Shown one piece after another: positions 10,178-18,202 of a stretch of DNA of 64,000 bases. A program made the position numbers and the translations under genes. The stretch is from contig JBIIBC010000003.1 of assembly GCA_044239605.1 (NCBI GenBank), positions 50,056 through 114,055 of the forward strand. Reading direction: 5' to 3'. The notes beneath the pieces were generated by a model. The model ran no database searches and was not told where the DNA came from. It saw only the letters and a program-made list of their open reading frames with translations. Position 1 is the first letter of the stretch, and each line of letters starts with the position of its first letter. Origin of the DNA: Bacteroidia bacterium (GTDB lineage Bacteria; Bacteroidota; Bacteroidia; UKL13-3).

Positions 10178-11359
10178 TTGAAAAACATTACTTCAGGGCA
10201 ATTTAAAATGATTGCCAAAACCCAACAAGGCTTGGAGCCTTTATTAGAAAAAGAATTACAAGAACTTGGAGCACAAAACACACAGCGATTAAAACGAGCA
10301 GTTAGTTTTGAAGGCGATAAAAGATTAATGTACAAGGTAAATCTTCATTCGCGTTTGGCACTAAAAATACTTTTACCTTTTTATAGTTTTAAAGCCAGAA
10401 ACGACCGAGAGCTTTATGATGGAATTGGTACCATTGATTGGAGCACGTTTTTAGATGTAAATGGTTCATTGGCTATTGATGGATTATTGCGTTCTGATTA
10501 TTTTAACCATTCGCAGTACATAGCTTTAAAAGCTAAAGATGCTATTGTTGACCAATTTAGAACTAAGTTTAACAAACGCCCAAATGTTGATATTGTTAAT
10601 CCTGATTTGCGTTTAAACTTACATATTTTTCAAGATAGTGCCACGCTTTCTTTAGATTCAAGTAATGATTCATTACACCGCAGAGGTTACCGCGAGGATG
10701 CAAATAAAGCACCTTTAAATGAGGTAACTGCTGCTGCTATTGTTAAAATGACAGGTTGGAATGGTTCAGAAGCTTTGATGGATGGCATGTGTGGAAGTGG
10801 AACCATATTAATAGAAGCAGCCATGATGGCTAAAAATATTCCTGCTAATTACTTGCGTAAACGTTTTGGTTTTCAGTCGTGGTTAGATTACGACCATCAA
10901 CTTTGGCAAGAGGTAAAACAAGAAGGAAAGGCCGGAATAAAAGATATTAAATTAACCATTAACGGTTCTGATATTTCATGGGATACATTGCAAATTGCAA
11001 AATCGAATGTAGATAAAGCAGGTTTAACAGGTGTAATAAAATTAGATAAAACGCCTTTTGAAAACCTAACACCTAATGCCGAAAGAGGTTGTTTAATAAT
11101 GAATCCGCCTTATGGCGAGCGTTTGGCTTTGGAAGAAGCAAATGCTTTTTATAAAATGATTGGCGATAAGTTTAAAAAAGATTTTTCGGGTTGGCAAGCT
11201 TGGGTTTTATCATCAAACCAAGAAGCCATGAAAAGTATCAGATTAAAAACTTCTCAGCGTTTATTGGTTTTTAACGGCCCTTTAGAATGCAAGTTTCATC
11301 AATATGAAATGTACCAGGGTACCAAACGTGTTTTTGATAAAGAATCTAAAACCGAATAA
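10178..11359 (+). CDS. THUMP-domain class I SAM-dependent RNA methyltransferase (RlmL/COG0116-like)
   Basis: 393 aa. N-terminal THUMP-like region, a GxGxG SAM-binding loop (CGSGTILIEAA) and an NPPYGERL catalytic motif. The true start may be Met10 (MIAKTQQ). Confidence 0.7.
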   Translation: MKNITSGQFKMIAKTQQGLEPLLEKELQELGAQNTQRLKRAVSFEGDKRLMYKVNLHSRLALKILLPFYSFKARNDRELYDGIGTIDWSTFLDVNGSLAIDGLLRSDYFNHSQYIALKAKDAIVDQFRTKFNKRPNVDIVNPDLRLNLHIFQDSATLSLDSSNDSLHRRGYREDANKAPLNEVTAAAIVKMTGWNGSEALMDGMCGSGTILIEAAMMAKNIPANYLRKRFGFQSWLDYDHQLWQEVKQEGKAGIKDIKLTINGSDISWDTLQIAKSNVDKAGLTGVIKLDKTPFENLTPNAERGCLIMNPPYGERLALEEANAFYKMIGDKFKKDFSGWQAWVLSSNQEAMKSIRLKTSQRLLVFNGPLECKFHQYEMYQGTKRVFDKESKTE

Positions 11360-11360
11360 A

Positions 11361-12677
11361 TTATTCGTTCACCATATTTAACCAAACCGATTGCCAATGC
11401 TCCCATTCAGGAGTATTGGTAAGGTTGGAGTTATGCCAAATGCTTATAAAGTTTCCGCCTACTTTTTTAACTTCTGTTTTTAGTTTTTGAATTGCTACAT
11501 TGGCTTCTTCAGGAGTAAATTTTTCTCCATTTTTTAAAGTAACATCCATTACGCAAGGCGAAAATATTTCTAAGTTTTTTTCGGTATTTTCTATCAAATC
11601 AAAAAACTGAAAACCTTTGCAAGTGCTAGCTCTAAAGCCAATTTTATTGCCATAGGCCATGCTGTAATCTACTAATATATTACTTTCTATTAAATGATTA
11701 AAACTAGCAGGTAATTTAAATTTTAAAAAATGAAACCTACTTGTATTAATGGGAGTATTACTTATTTTTTCTAACTCAGTCTTTTCAGTCAAAAGTATTT
11801 TTTTGCTTGAACTAGCGTGGTACGATGGATGAATTCCAATTGGAAATTTATAAGCAATATGTTTTATTAAGTTTTGATATTCGCTACTTTCTGGAAGCAA
11901 GTTTTTGTCGTGCGTACTTTCGCTTTCAGCTAATAGAAAAAAGAAATGAGATGGTTTATTACCCAAAGAATTAAAAATGAAATCGTAAGTATCAAATTCA
12001 TCTTTTAGGTTTTTGTCAAATTGTTTATTCAGTTCTTTAAAGTCAAATCGGAATAAATTACCCAATGCTTTTTTGTAAAACCTAAATTTGCTCAATCCTT
12101 TGTATATATAGGCAAAATCAATATCAAATGTGTTAAGTTCAGAGTAATTTGTTAGCGTATAGTTGATATGGTTATATTGTCTATTTATAATTTTTCCTAG
12201 TTCAATAGCCCATAAATCAACTAATGGAATTTGTAAAAATCCATTCTTAAAAGCCAAGCTTTCCTCGGCTTTAAACCTATTGTGTAAATCATAATGTGGA
12301 TTAATGTATTCTTCGTACCTGCTTAATAAATAAAAACTTGCACTAAAAATATCGAATGGTAAATGCTGCTTTGGAGGTTCTACAAATTTATCTGTATCAA
12401 ATTTTAAATTAAAAAAGGTATGAATAAACTTTTCACTTTTTTCAACTACTACAGGTATTTTCTTTAAATTTTCTTCAAACAAAAGTGTGTGAGCCGGAAT
12501 ATTTATGCAGTGCTCCATGATGGTGTTGGAGTAGTTTATTTTAGGCATTTTAGAACGCATAAAATAATCAAAGCTATCGGTTACAGTATAAGTTATTTGA
12601 AGGCGTTTTAATAAAACTTCATTTAAAATATATTGTAATCTTGGCGATTTTTCGTCAGCTACAAAAATCAAAAGCAT
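11361..12677 (-). CDS. conserved hypothetical protein (possibly polysaccharide deacetylase-like)
   Basis: 438 aa soluble protein. No catalytic motif I can name. The fold assignment is speculative. Confidence 0.3.
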   Translation of the reverse strand: MLLIFVADEKSPRLQYILNEVLLKRLQITYTVTDSFDYFMRSKMPKINYSNTIMEHCINIPAHTLLFEENLKKIPVVVEKSEKFIHTFFNLKFDTDKFVEPPKQHLPFDIFSASFYLLSRYEEYINPHYDLHNRFKAEESLAFKNGFLQIPLVDLWAIELGKIINRQYNHINYTLTNYSELNTFDIDFAYIYKGLSKFRFYKKALGNLFRFDFKELNKQFDKNLKDEFDTYDFIFNSLGNKPSHFFFLLAESESTHDKNLLPESSEYQNLIKHIAYKFPIGIHPSYHASSSKKILLTEKTELEKISNTPINTSRFHFLKFKLPASFNHLIESNILVDYSMAYGNKIGFRASTCKGFQFFDLIENTEKNLEIFSPCVMDVTLKNGEKFTPEEANVAIQKLKTEVKKVGGNFISIWHNSNLTNTPEWEHWQSVWLNMVNE

Positions 12678-12710
12678 ACTGCAATGTACAAATTAGGGTT
12701 AAATTATAAA

Positions 12711-13334
12711 TTATTGTATTTCAAGTTGTTTTATCTCTTCTACAAACCAATCTCCAATAGGTCTTTTGGTCCAAATACTTTTAATACCCATTGTTTCGGC
12801 TGCTTTATAGTGCATTCGGGTATCGTCTATAAAAATGGTTTCTTCAGGCTTTAAGTTATTTTCATCTAAAATAATTTGCCATGCTTCTAAATGTGGTTTG
12901 CGCAAATTTATTTGATGCGAGTAATAAATTTTATCAAAAAGATTTTCCCAAATTTCACCTGGATGATCTTTTTCAAATATTTTTTTAAATTCTTGAATGT
13001 GTAATTCATTGGTATTACTTAGTAAAAACAATTGGTAATTTTTTCTTAAATCTTTTAAGATTTCAATTCTATCCGTAGGCACATTTAAAATCATGTTGTT
13101 CCAAGCGTGGGTAATTTCCATATCGCTTGCATTACCTTTTAGTTCAGCTTTAATGGTTTGTACAAATGTTTCGGTGTTTACTTTACCCAATTCATATTCT
13201 TTAAAAATGGGCAACTTTTCATTTACTTCGTCTAAATCAATATTGAGTCGTTTAAAACTTCTAATAGTTCTATCTTGATCAAGATTTACAATTACACCAC
13301 CTAAATCAAAAATTATTGCTTTATATTTTAACAT
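12711..13334 (-). CDS. HAD-superfamily hydrolase, subfamily IA
   Basis: DxG motif I (AIIFDLGGVIV). The ORF extends to 13382, but its first 16 codons (MRKYVICIILANKFYK) read like translated promoter sequence, so I place the start at Met 13334 (MLKYKAIIFD). Confidence 0.55.
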   Translation of the reverse strand: MLKYKAIIFDLGGVIVNLDQDRTIRSFKRLNIDLDEVNEKLPIFKEYELGKVNTETFVQTIKAELKGNASDMEITHAWNNMILNVPTDRIEILKDLRKNYQLFLLSNTNELHIQEFKKIFEKDHPGEIWENLFDKIYYSHQINLRKPHLEAWQIILDENNLKPEETIFIDDTRMHYKAAETMGIKSIWTKRPIGDWFVEEIKQLEIQ

Positions 13335-13415
13335 TTTATAAAATTTATTTGCAAGAATAATACAAATTACATACTTTCGCACTCCCTAAAAAATCAAAGA
13401 ATAATCATTTGATTT

Positions 13416-13489
13416 GGGCCTATAGCTCATTCGGTTAGAGCAACTGACTCATAATCAGTAGGTGCCTGGTTCGATTCCAGGTGGGCCCA
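13416..13489 (+). tRNA. tRNA-Met (anticodon CAT); elongator type or possibly the lysidine-modified tRNA-Ile2
   Basis: Folded by hand as a 74-nt cloverleaf: 7-bp acceptor stem GGGCCTA/TGGGCCC, D-arm GCTC/GAGC, anticodon stem ACTGA/TCAGT with loop CTCATAA, T-arm CCTGG-TTCGATT-CCAGG, discriminator A. CCA is not encoded. No GGG/CCC in the anticodon stem, so it is not the initiator. Confidence 0.8.
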
Positions 13490-13491
13490 CT

Positions 13492-13522
13492 AAAGCTACT
13501 TCTAAATGAGGTAGCTTTTTTT
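13492..13522 (+). terminator. rho-independent terminator after the tRNA
   Basis: AAAGCTAC-loop-GTAGCTTT followed by TTTTTTT. Confidence 0.7.
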
Positions 13523-13708
13523 ATGAGTGGTTTTTTAAAAAATAATTCTTCAAAAGTTTCTAGCTTATTAATTTGGAGCCTTGTTGTTTCAATGAATCGG
13601 AACAAACCGAGCTAACAAACAAAAACAAGAACTAAAAAAAGTTATTCAAAGTTTATCCAAATCAATAATTAACAAGATTTAAATAAAAGAGGGGATTTTT
13701 AAAAACTC

Positions 13709-16096
13709 CTATTGCCTTCCCAAAATTTCAAAATTTACTTGTAAACTATTTCCATTTTCATCGGTAACAGTTAGTGCATGTTTGCCTGCTTTGGGAGCTA
13801 TTTGCATTTGGTGGAAACGTTGGGTGGTGCCAATATAAGTTTCATCTAAATACCAAAATACTTTGGCTTGCGCATATTTATGCGCTACTTCAAAAATTGC
13901 TTTTCCGGTGTTCCCATCAAGCTCTACGGGTATAAACAATCGGTTTGATTTTTTTGGATAAATTAAATCCATTACCTGCTTGGCATTTCCATCGTTACAA
14001 TCGTTTCTAAATGGTGGTAAAGTTTTATAATTAGGGTGAGATGCTTTGTAGTAATATTCTACAGCGGGAGGTAATACAAACCAACTAACATGGTTCATAT
14101 TGCTTACACTTTCGCAATTGCTATTCACCCTAAAAGTATTGCTTTTGTCTAAATGCACCAATTCGTGGTAAGGACAAACAGCAGTTTTATCGTTTTTTTT
14201 ATTGATGTAAATGGTGTCAACTGGCCAGCAATTTGGATTGGCTTTATAGCCACTTTGTTGGCACACTATTGCTTTTTTCATTTCGTCAAAAGGAGGATTG
14301 AACCAAGTAGTGCGCGGTAAAATTTTAAAAATATCGAACATAATTGGTGCAGCGGCTTGTACTCCAATTAATCCTGGTTTTCCTTGTCCATCGGCATTAC
14401 CTACCCAAACAGCTACCACGTATTCAGGCGTTACGCCTATACTCCAAGCATCTCTAAAACCAAAACTTGTTCCTGTTTTCCAAGCTATTTTTCGGCTACT
14501 TTCAAATTGTTGCCAAAGGGCTTCATCGCCCGGGCGCATGGCTTCGTCCATGGCTTCAAAAGTTTGAAACACACTGGCCGCATTCATTTTGCCAAATGTA
14601 GGCAGTTCCATAAATGGTTTATTGCTCAATGCCTTGTATTCATATCGGGCATTGAACCAATTATCGTTATTGTAATGCCCGTTATTGCTTGCATAATTAT
14701 TCAATAACCTAGCCATATTTGCATAAGTTGAGGCTAGTTCGTACATGTTATTTTCGCTTCCTCCAAGTATCAATGCTAAGCCATAATGCGATGATGGTTT
14801 GGTTAAAGTAGTAATGCCCAACATTTTTAAACGTTCGTAAAAACGTTGGTATTTATAAGCGTTTAACATTCTAATTGCGGGCACATTTAACGACCTTGAA
14901 AGTGCTTTGTTTGCAGGCACTGCACCACTGTAACCTAAATCAAAATTTTGTGGAGAATAGCCAGCTACTTGAGTTGGAATATCGTTAATTAAAGTATTGG
15001 GCAATATCATGCCATCTTCTAACATGGCTTCGTACAAAAATGGCTTTAAAGTACTGCCCGGACTGCGTGGCGCTTGTATAATATCTACAAAATTATCGTA
15101 AGTATTTTCGTTGGGTTTATAAATATTGCCTATGTACGATTTAATGGTTCCGCTTGGCACATGAATAATTAACGCACAAGCATTGTTAATGCCATTGGCT
15201 GCCAAATGTTTGTTATGTAAAAACAATATTTGGTTAACCTGTTTTTGCCAATAACCATTTATGCTGGTTGTGATGGCTTTATTAGGAAGTTTTTGTTTTT
15301 TATTTTGCTTGGCAATAAACTGAATTAAATGTGGTGCATCTTGCGCTAACTGCAATGGTCTATCGGGTATTGGTTCAAGTTTTGCTAGTTTATTGGTTTC
15401 TAAATCAATAATTTTTTCAGCTAATAATTGATCTAATAATAGATTGCGTTTACGCAACAGCCAATTCCTGTTTTTTGATGGATGAATAATAGATGGTGCA
15501 TTGGGTAAAATGGCTAAACTAGACGCTTCGGCCCAAGTTAATAAATGAGCAGGCCTGTTAAAATAACGCCAACTAGCAGCTTCCAATCCAACTACATTTC
15601 CTCCAAAAGGTGCATGAGCCGCATATAAATTAATGATTTCATTTTTTGAAAAGCCACATTCAATTCTAACAGCCAACAGCATTTCATATACTTTATTCCA
15701 AATATTGCGTTTGCTTTTATTGGCCATTCGTGCCACTTGCATGGTTATGGTACTAGCACCACTGATGGTTTTTTGTTTGGTAAAATTTAGTTTAATGGCT
15801 CGCGCCAATGCTAAAAAATCTATTCCAAAATGGTAGTGAAACCTTTTGTCTTCGTAAGTTATAAGGCAAGTTTTAAATTTTTCGGGAACCGAATCAGCTT
15901 GCGGAAAACGCCATTGTCCATCAGGTGCAATTTGAGCTTGGAGTAAATTATTTTTTTCATCAAAAAGCACCAAACTGTATTTGATTTTAAACAAAGGTTT
16001 GGGCAACATCAAATAAAACCCAATAAGCGCTAAGGCTAACAGCAGTTTATATTTGTGTTTTTTGATGAATTGCATGCTTGGCAAATATAAATACAA
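13709..16096 (-). CDS. pbpC: penicillin-binding protein 1C (transglycosylase/transpeptidase)
   Basis: 795 aa. N-terminal GT51 transglycosylase motifs (ITYEDKRF, RFHYHFGIDF), a transpeptidase region (STLKPF) and the C-terminal extension typical of PbpC. Confidence 0.8.
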   Translation of the reverse strand: MYLYLPSMQFIKKHKYKLLLALALIGFYLMLPKPLFKIKYSLVLFDEKNNLLQAQIAPDGQWRFPQADSVPEKFKTCLITYEDKRFHYHFGIDFLALARAIKLNFTKQKTISGASTITMQVARMANKSKRNIWNKVYEMLLAVRIECGFSKNEIINLYAAHAPFGGNVVGLEAASWRYFNRPAHLLTWAEASSLAILPNAPSIIHPSKNRNWLLRKRNLLLDQLLAEKIIDLETNKLAKLEPIPDRPLQLAQDAPHLIQFIAKQNKKQKLPNKAITTSINGYWQKQVNQILFLHNKHLAANGINNACALIIHVPSGTIKSYIGNIYKPNENTYDNFVDIIQAPRSPGSTLKPFLYEAMLEDGMILPNTLINDIPTQVAGYSPQNFDLGYSGAVPANKALSRSLNVPAIRMLNAYKYQRFYERLKMLGITTLTKPSSHYGLALILGGSENNMYELASTYANMARLLNNYASNNGHYNNDNWFNARYEYKALSNKPFMELPTFGKMNAASVFQTFEAMDEAMRPGDEALWQQFESSRKIAWKTGTSFGFRDAWSIGVTPEYVVAVWVGNADGQGKPGLIGVQAAAPIMFDIFKILPRTTWFNPPFDEMKKAIVCQQSGYKANPNCWPVDTIYINKKNDKTAVCPYHELVHLDKSNTFRVNSNCESVSNMNHVSWFVLPPAVEYYYKASHPNYKTLPPFRNDCNDGNAKQVMDLIYPKKSNRLFIPVELDGNTGKAIFEVAHKYAQAKVFWYLDETYIGTTQRFHQMQIAPKAGKHALTVTDENGNSLQVNFEILGRQ

Positions 16097-16105
16097 TTGG
16101 TATTT

Positions 16106-16978
16106 TTATGGTTTAACCAATTTTAGTGTGGTTGATTTATTTTGATTTGTTGTTTCGATTATTACATAATACAAGCCTGCAGGCCAATTTATTTCATTAA
16201 TCAAAATTTGTCCATCAAAGTTTTCTATTAAAATACATGAACCAAAACTATTATAAACTTTAAACGCTCCAGCTATTTTATTTTCGAATTGAATATTTAA
16301 TTGGTTTGAAATAGGATTTTGAAAATTGAGTGCTAAATCTGAATGAAGTTCGTTAACAGAAACCGCATAACAATCTGAAATAGCTTTATTTCCATAGTAT
16401 TTAATATTATCCTCTAAGAAGCATCTTAAGCTAGCTTTTTTATCAATTGGAAATATCAATGAAGCTAAGCTACCAATTCCTTCTATCCAAATAAATTCAG
16501 GTTCTGCCATTTCATAAAACTCAACATCTTCAAAAAAGAATATTTTGCTGTAACTGTTATCGTTTAATTTGATTGAATCAATTTTATATAAAATCTTATA
16601 ATTGGGGTTGTTGTTTTCAAATGAAAAGTTAAAACTATCACCTTTGGTTAAATTGAAATTATATAAAATTTTTTCTTCTTGTTTCGGTACTTTTAAATAA
16701 GTTATATTTTTCTCTTCTCTCAACAAGTAATTAGTTTTGGAGGCAACAGTTCCTCCATTAATGCCAATATTCACCTCATTAAGTATTTTGTAGTTGGTAA
16801 AGTTTACCAATGTGTCATTTCCAAATGTATAACCAAAAGCCCAATCAGGAATATTTTCTACCCAAACAGCATTTGTTTTTACAATTTTGCCACTAATCTG
16901 GGCGTTTGACTCGTTATTAAATAAAAGAAAAACTAAAAATAGAAAGCTTGTCAGTAATAGATTTTTATTGTTTTTCAC
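16106..16978 (-). CDS. secreted protein with T9SS C-terminal sorting domain
   Basis: 290 aa. Signal peptide. The C-terminus (GLYYVIIETTNQNKSTTLKLVKP) fits the Por_Secre_tail pattern. The start codon is GTG. Confidence 0.6.
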   Translation of the reverse strand: MKNNKNLLLTSFLFLVFLLFNNESNAQISGKIVKTNAVWVENIPDWAFGYTFGNDTLVNFTNYKILNEVNIGINGGTVASKTNYLLREEKNITYLKVPKQEEKILYNFNLTKGDSFNFSFENNNPNYKILYKIDSIKLNDNSYSKIFFFEDVEFYEMAEPEFIWIEGIGSLASLIFPIDKKASLRCFLEDNIKYYGNKAISDCYAVSVNELHSDLALNFQNPISNQLNIQFENKIAGAFKVYNSFGSCILIENFDGQILINEINWPAGLYYVIIETTNQNKSTTLKLVKP

Positions 16979-16980
16979 AG

Positions 16981-17200
16981 CTAATTTTTTGATAATTTTA
17001 TTGTTTCAATAATGCCATTGGAATGATAAATTTTTACAAAATAAATTCCATTGTTTAAGCCCGAAATATCAATGGTTTCTTTGGTATCATTTAATTCTAG
17101 TACTAGTTGTCCTAAGTAATTGTAAATGCCAACCGACTGGCATTTTGTGTTTTCTACATTTTCTATTTTTATAAAGTTATATGCAGGATTTGGATATATT
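16981..17200 (-). pseudogene. orphan T9SS C-terminal sorting-domain remnant with no N-terminal cargo domain
   Basis: Reverse-strand translation gives IYPNPAYNFIKIENVENTKCQSVGIYNYLGQLVLELNDTKETIDISGLNNGIYFVKIYHSNGIIETIKLSKN*, a canonical Por_Secre_tail. There is no start codon or upstream domain. It is not identical to the neighbouring gene's CTD. Confidence 0.6.
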
Positions 17201-17244
17201 TTTTATTAATACCACGTTTTATTTTGGGTAATATTTTTTACAAA

Positions 17245-17325
17245 AGTTTTGGCAACATGAAATAAAAACAAATAAGTACTAAGGCTAAAATTAGTTTGTA
17301 TTTATGATTGAGAAATAGTTACATT
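17245..17325 (-). pseudogene. decayed duplicate of the pbpC 5' end
   Basis: About 80% nucleotide identity with 16000-16080. It translates as (stop)LFLNHKYKLILALVLICFYFMLPKLL(stop), against PbpC MQFIKKHKYKLLLALALIGFYLMLPKPL. There is no ATG and it is bounded by stops. Confidence 0.6.
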
Positions 17326-17408
17326 CAATATTTAAAAGTTCCCCTTGCTTTTTTATTGCTTTTGAATAAATTCATTTAACCAAACTAATAAAGTATTTTA
17401 GTATATCC

Positions 17409-18185
17409 CTACCAAACTAACTTTTCTTTATTTAAAAAGGCATTTATACCTTTTTTGCAATCATTGGTTTGGCGTGCATAAGCATTCATTTCTGCAGCAT
17501 AGTTTAATGCATCAATTAAACTTCTGTTTTGTACTTCATCAATCATTTGTTTGGTTAATGCCAAGCTTTGACCCGATGCACCTTTGCACAATTTTTGAGC
17601 AAAATTGAACACATGTTCCTCAATCTCTTCAAAGTTTACTACTTCGTTTATTAATTGAAAGTTTTTTGCTTGTTCAGCTGTTAAAATTTCGGCAGTAAGT
17701 AAAATGCGTTTAGCGGTTTGTTCGCCTACTTTGCGCAATAAAAACACCATTACTATAGCAGGCACAAAACCAATTTTTACTTCGGTGTAAGCAAATTTAC
17801 TATCGTTAGTAGCAAAACAAAAATCGCAAATAGTAGCCAAGCCGCATCCCCCAGCTAATGCTGCACCTTCTACCTGTGCTATTACTACTTTTCTCGATTG
17901 GTAAATCATGGCGAATAATTCCATTAAGTTTTTACTATCTGCTAAGTTTTCATCATACGTATTGTTTTGCATGGCTTGTAAACTACTTAAGTCGGCACCA
18001 CTACAAAAGGCATCTCCATTACCTTTAATAACAATAACCTTACAATTTTCATCACTTTCGGCTTGCACAAACACACGTTTTATTTGCTGTACAAAATCAA
18101 AACTTAATGCATTACGTTTTTCGGGGCGGTTAAGGGTAATGTAACCAACACGTTCTTTTACGTTATAAATTACTAAATCATTCAT
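17409..18185 (-). CDS. enoyl-CoA hydratase/isomerase family protein (crotonase fold)
   Basis: 258 aa. Oxyanion-hole region FCSGADL and a GGG-containing helix typical of crotonases. Confidence 0.7.
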   Translation of the reverse strand: MNDLVIYNVKERVGYITLNRPEKRNALSFDFVQQIKRVFVQAESDENCKVIVIKGNGDAFCSGADLSSLQAMQNNTYDENLADSKNLMELFAMIYQSRKVVIAQVEGAALAGGCGLATICDFCFATNDSKFAYTEVKIGFVPAIVMVFLLRKVGEQTAKRILLTAEILTAEQAKNFQLINEVVNFEEIEEHVFNFAQKLCKGASGQSLALTKQMIDEVQNRSLIDALNYAAEMNAYARQTNDCKKGINAFLNKEKLVW

Positions 18186-18202
18186 GGCTATTCAGTTTGT
18201 TT

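Noticed and set aside
10150-10335. The 61-aa minus-strand ORF at the start of the THUMP methyltransferase gene.
   Set aside because: It overlaps the methyltransferase 5' end on the opposite strand, and its translation is unconvincing.
13416-13489. Initiator tRNA-fMet assignment.
   Set aside because: The anticodon stem is ACTGA/TCAGT and lacks the three consecutive G-C pairs characteristic of initiator tRNA.
17245-17325. A second, functional pbpC start or small leader peptide.
   Set aside because: It has no ATG and is bounded by in-frame stops, so it is a decayed fragment.
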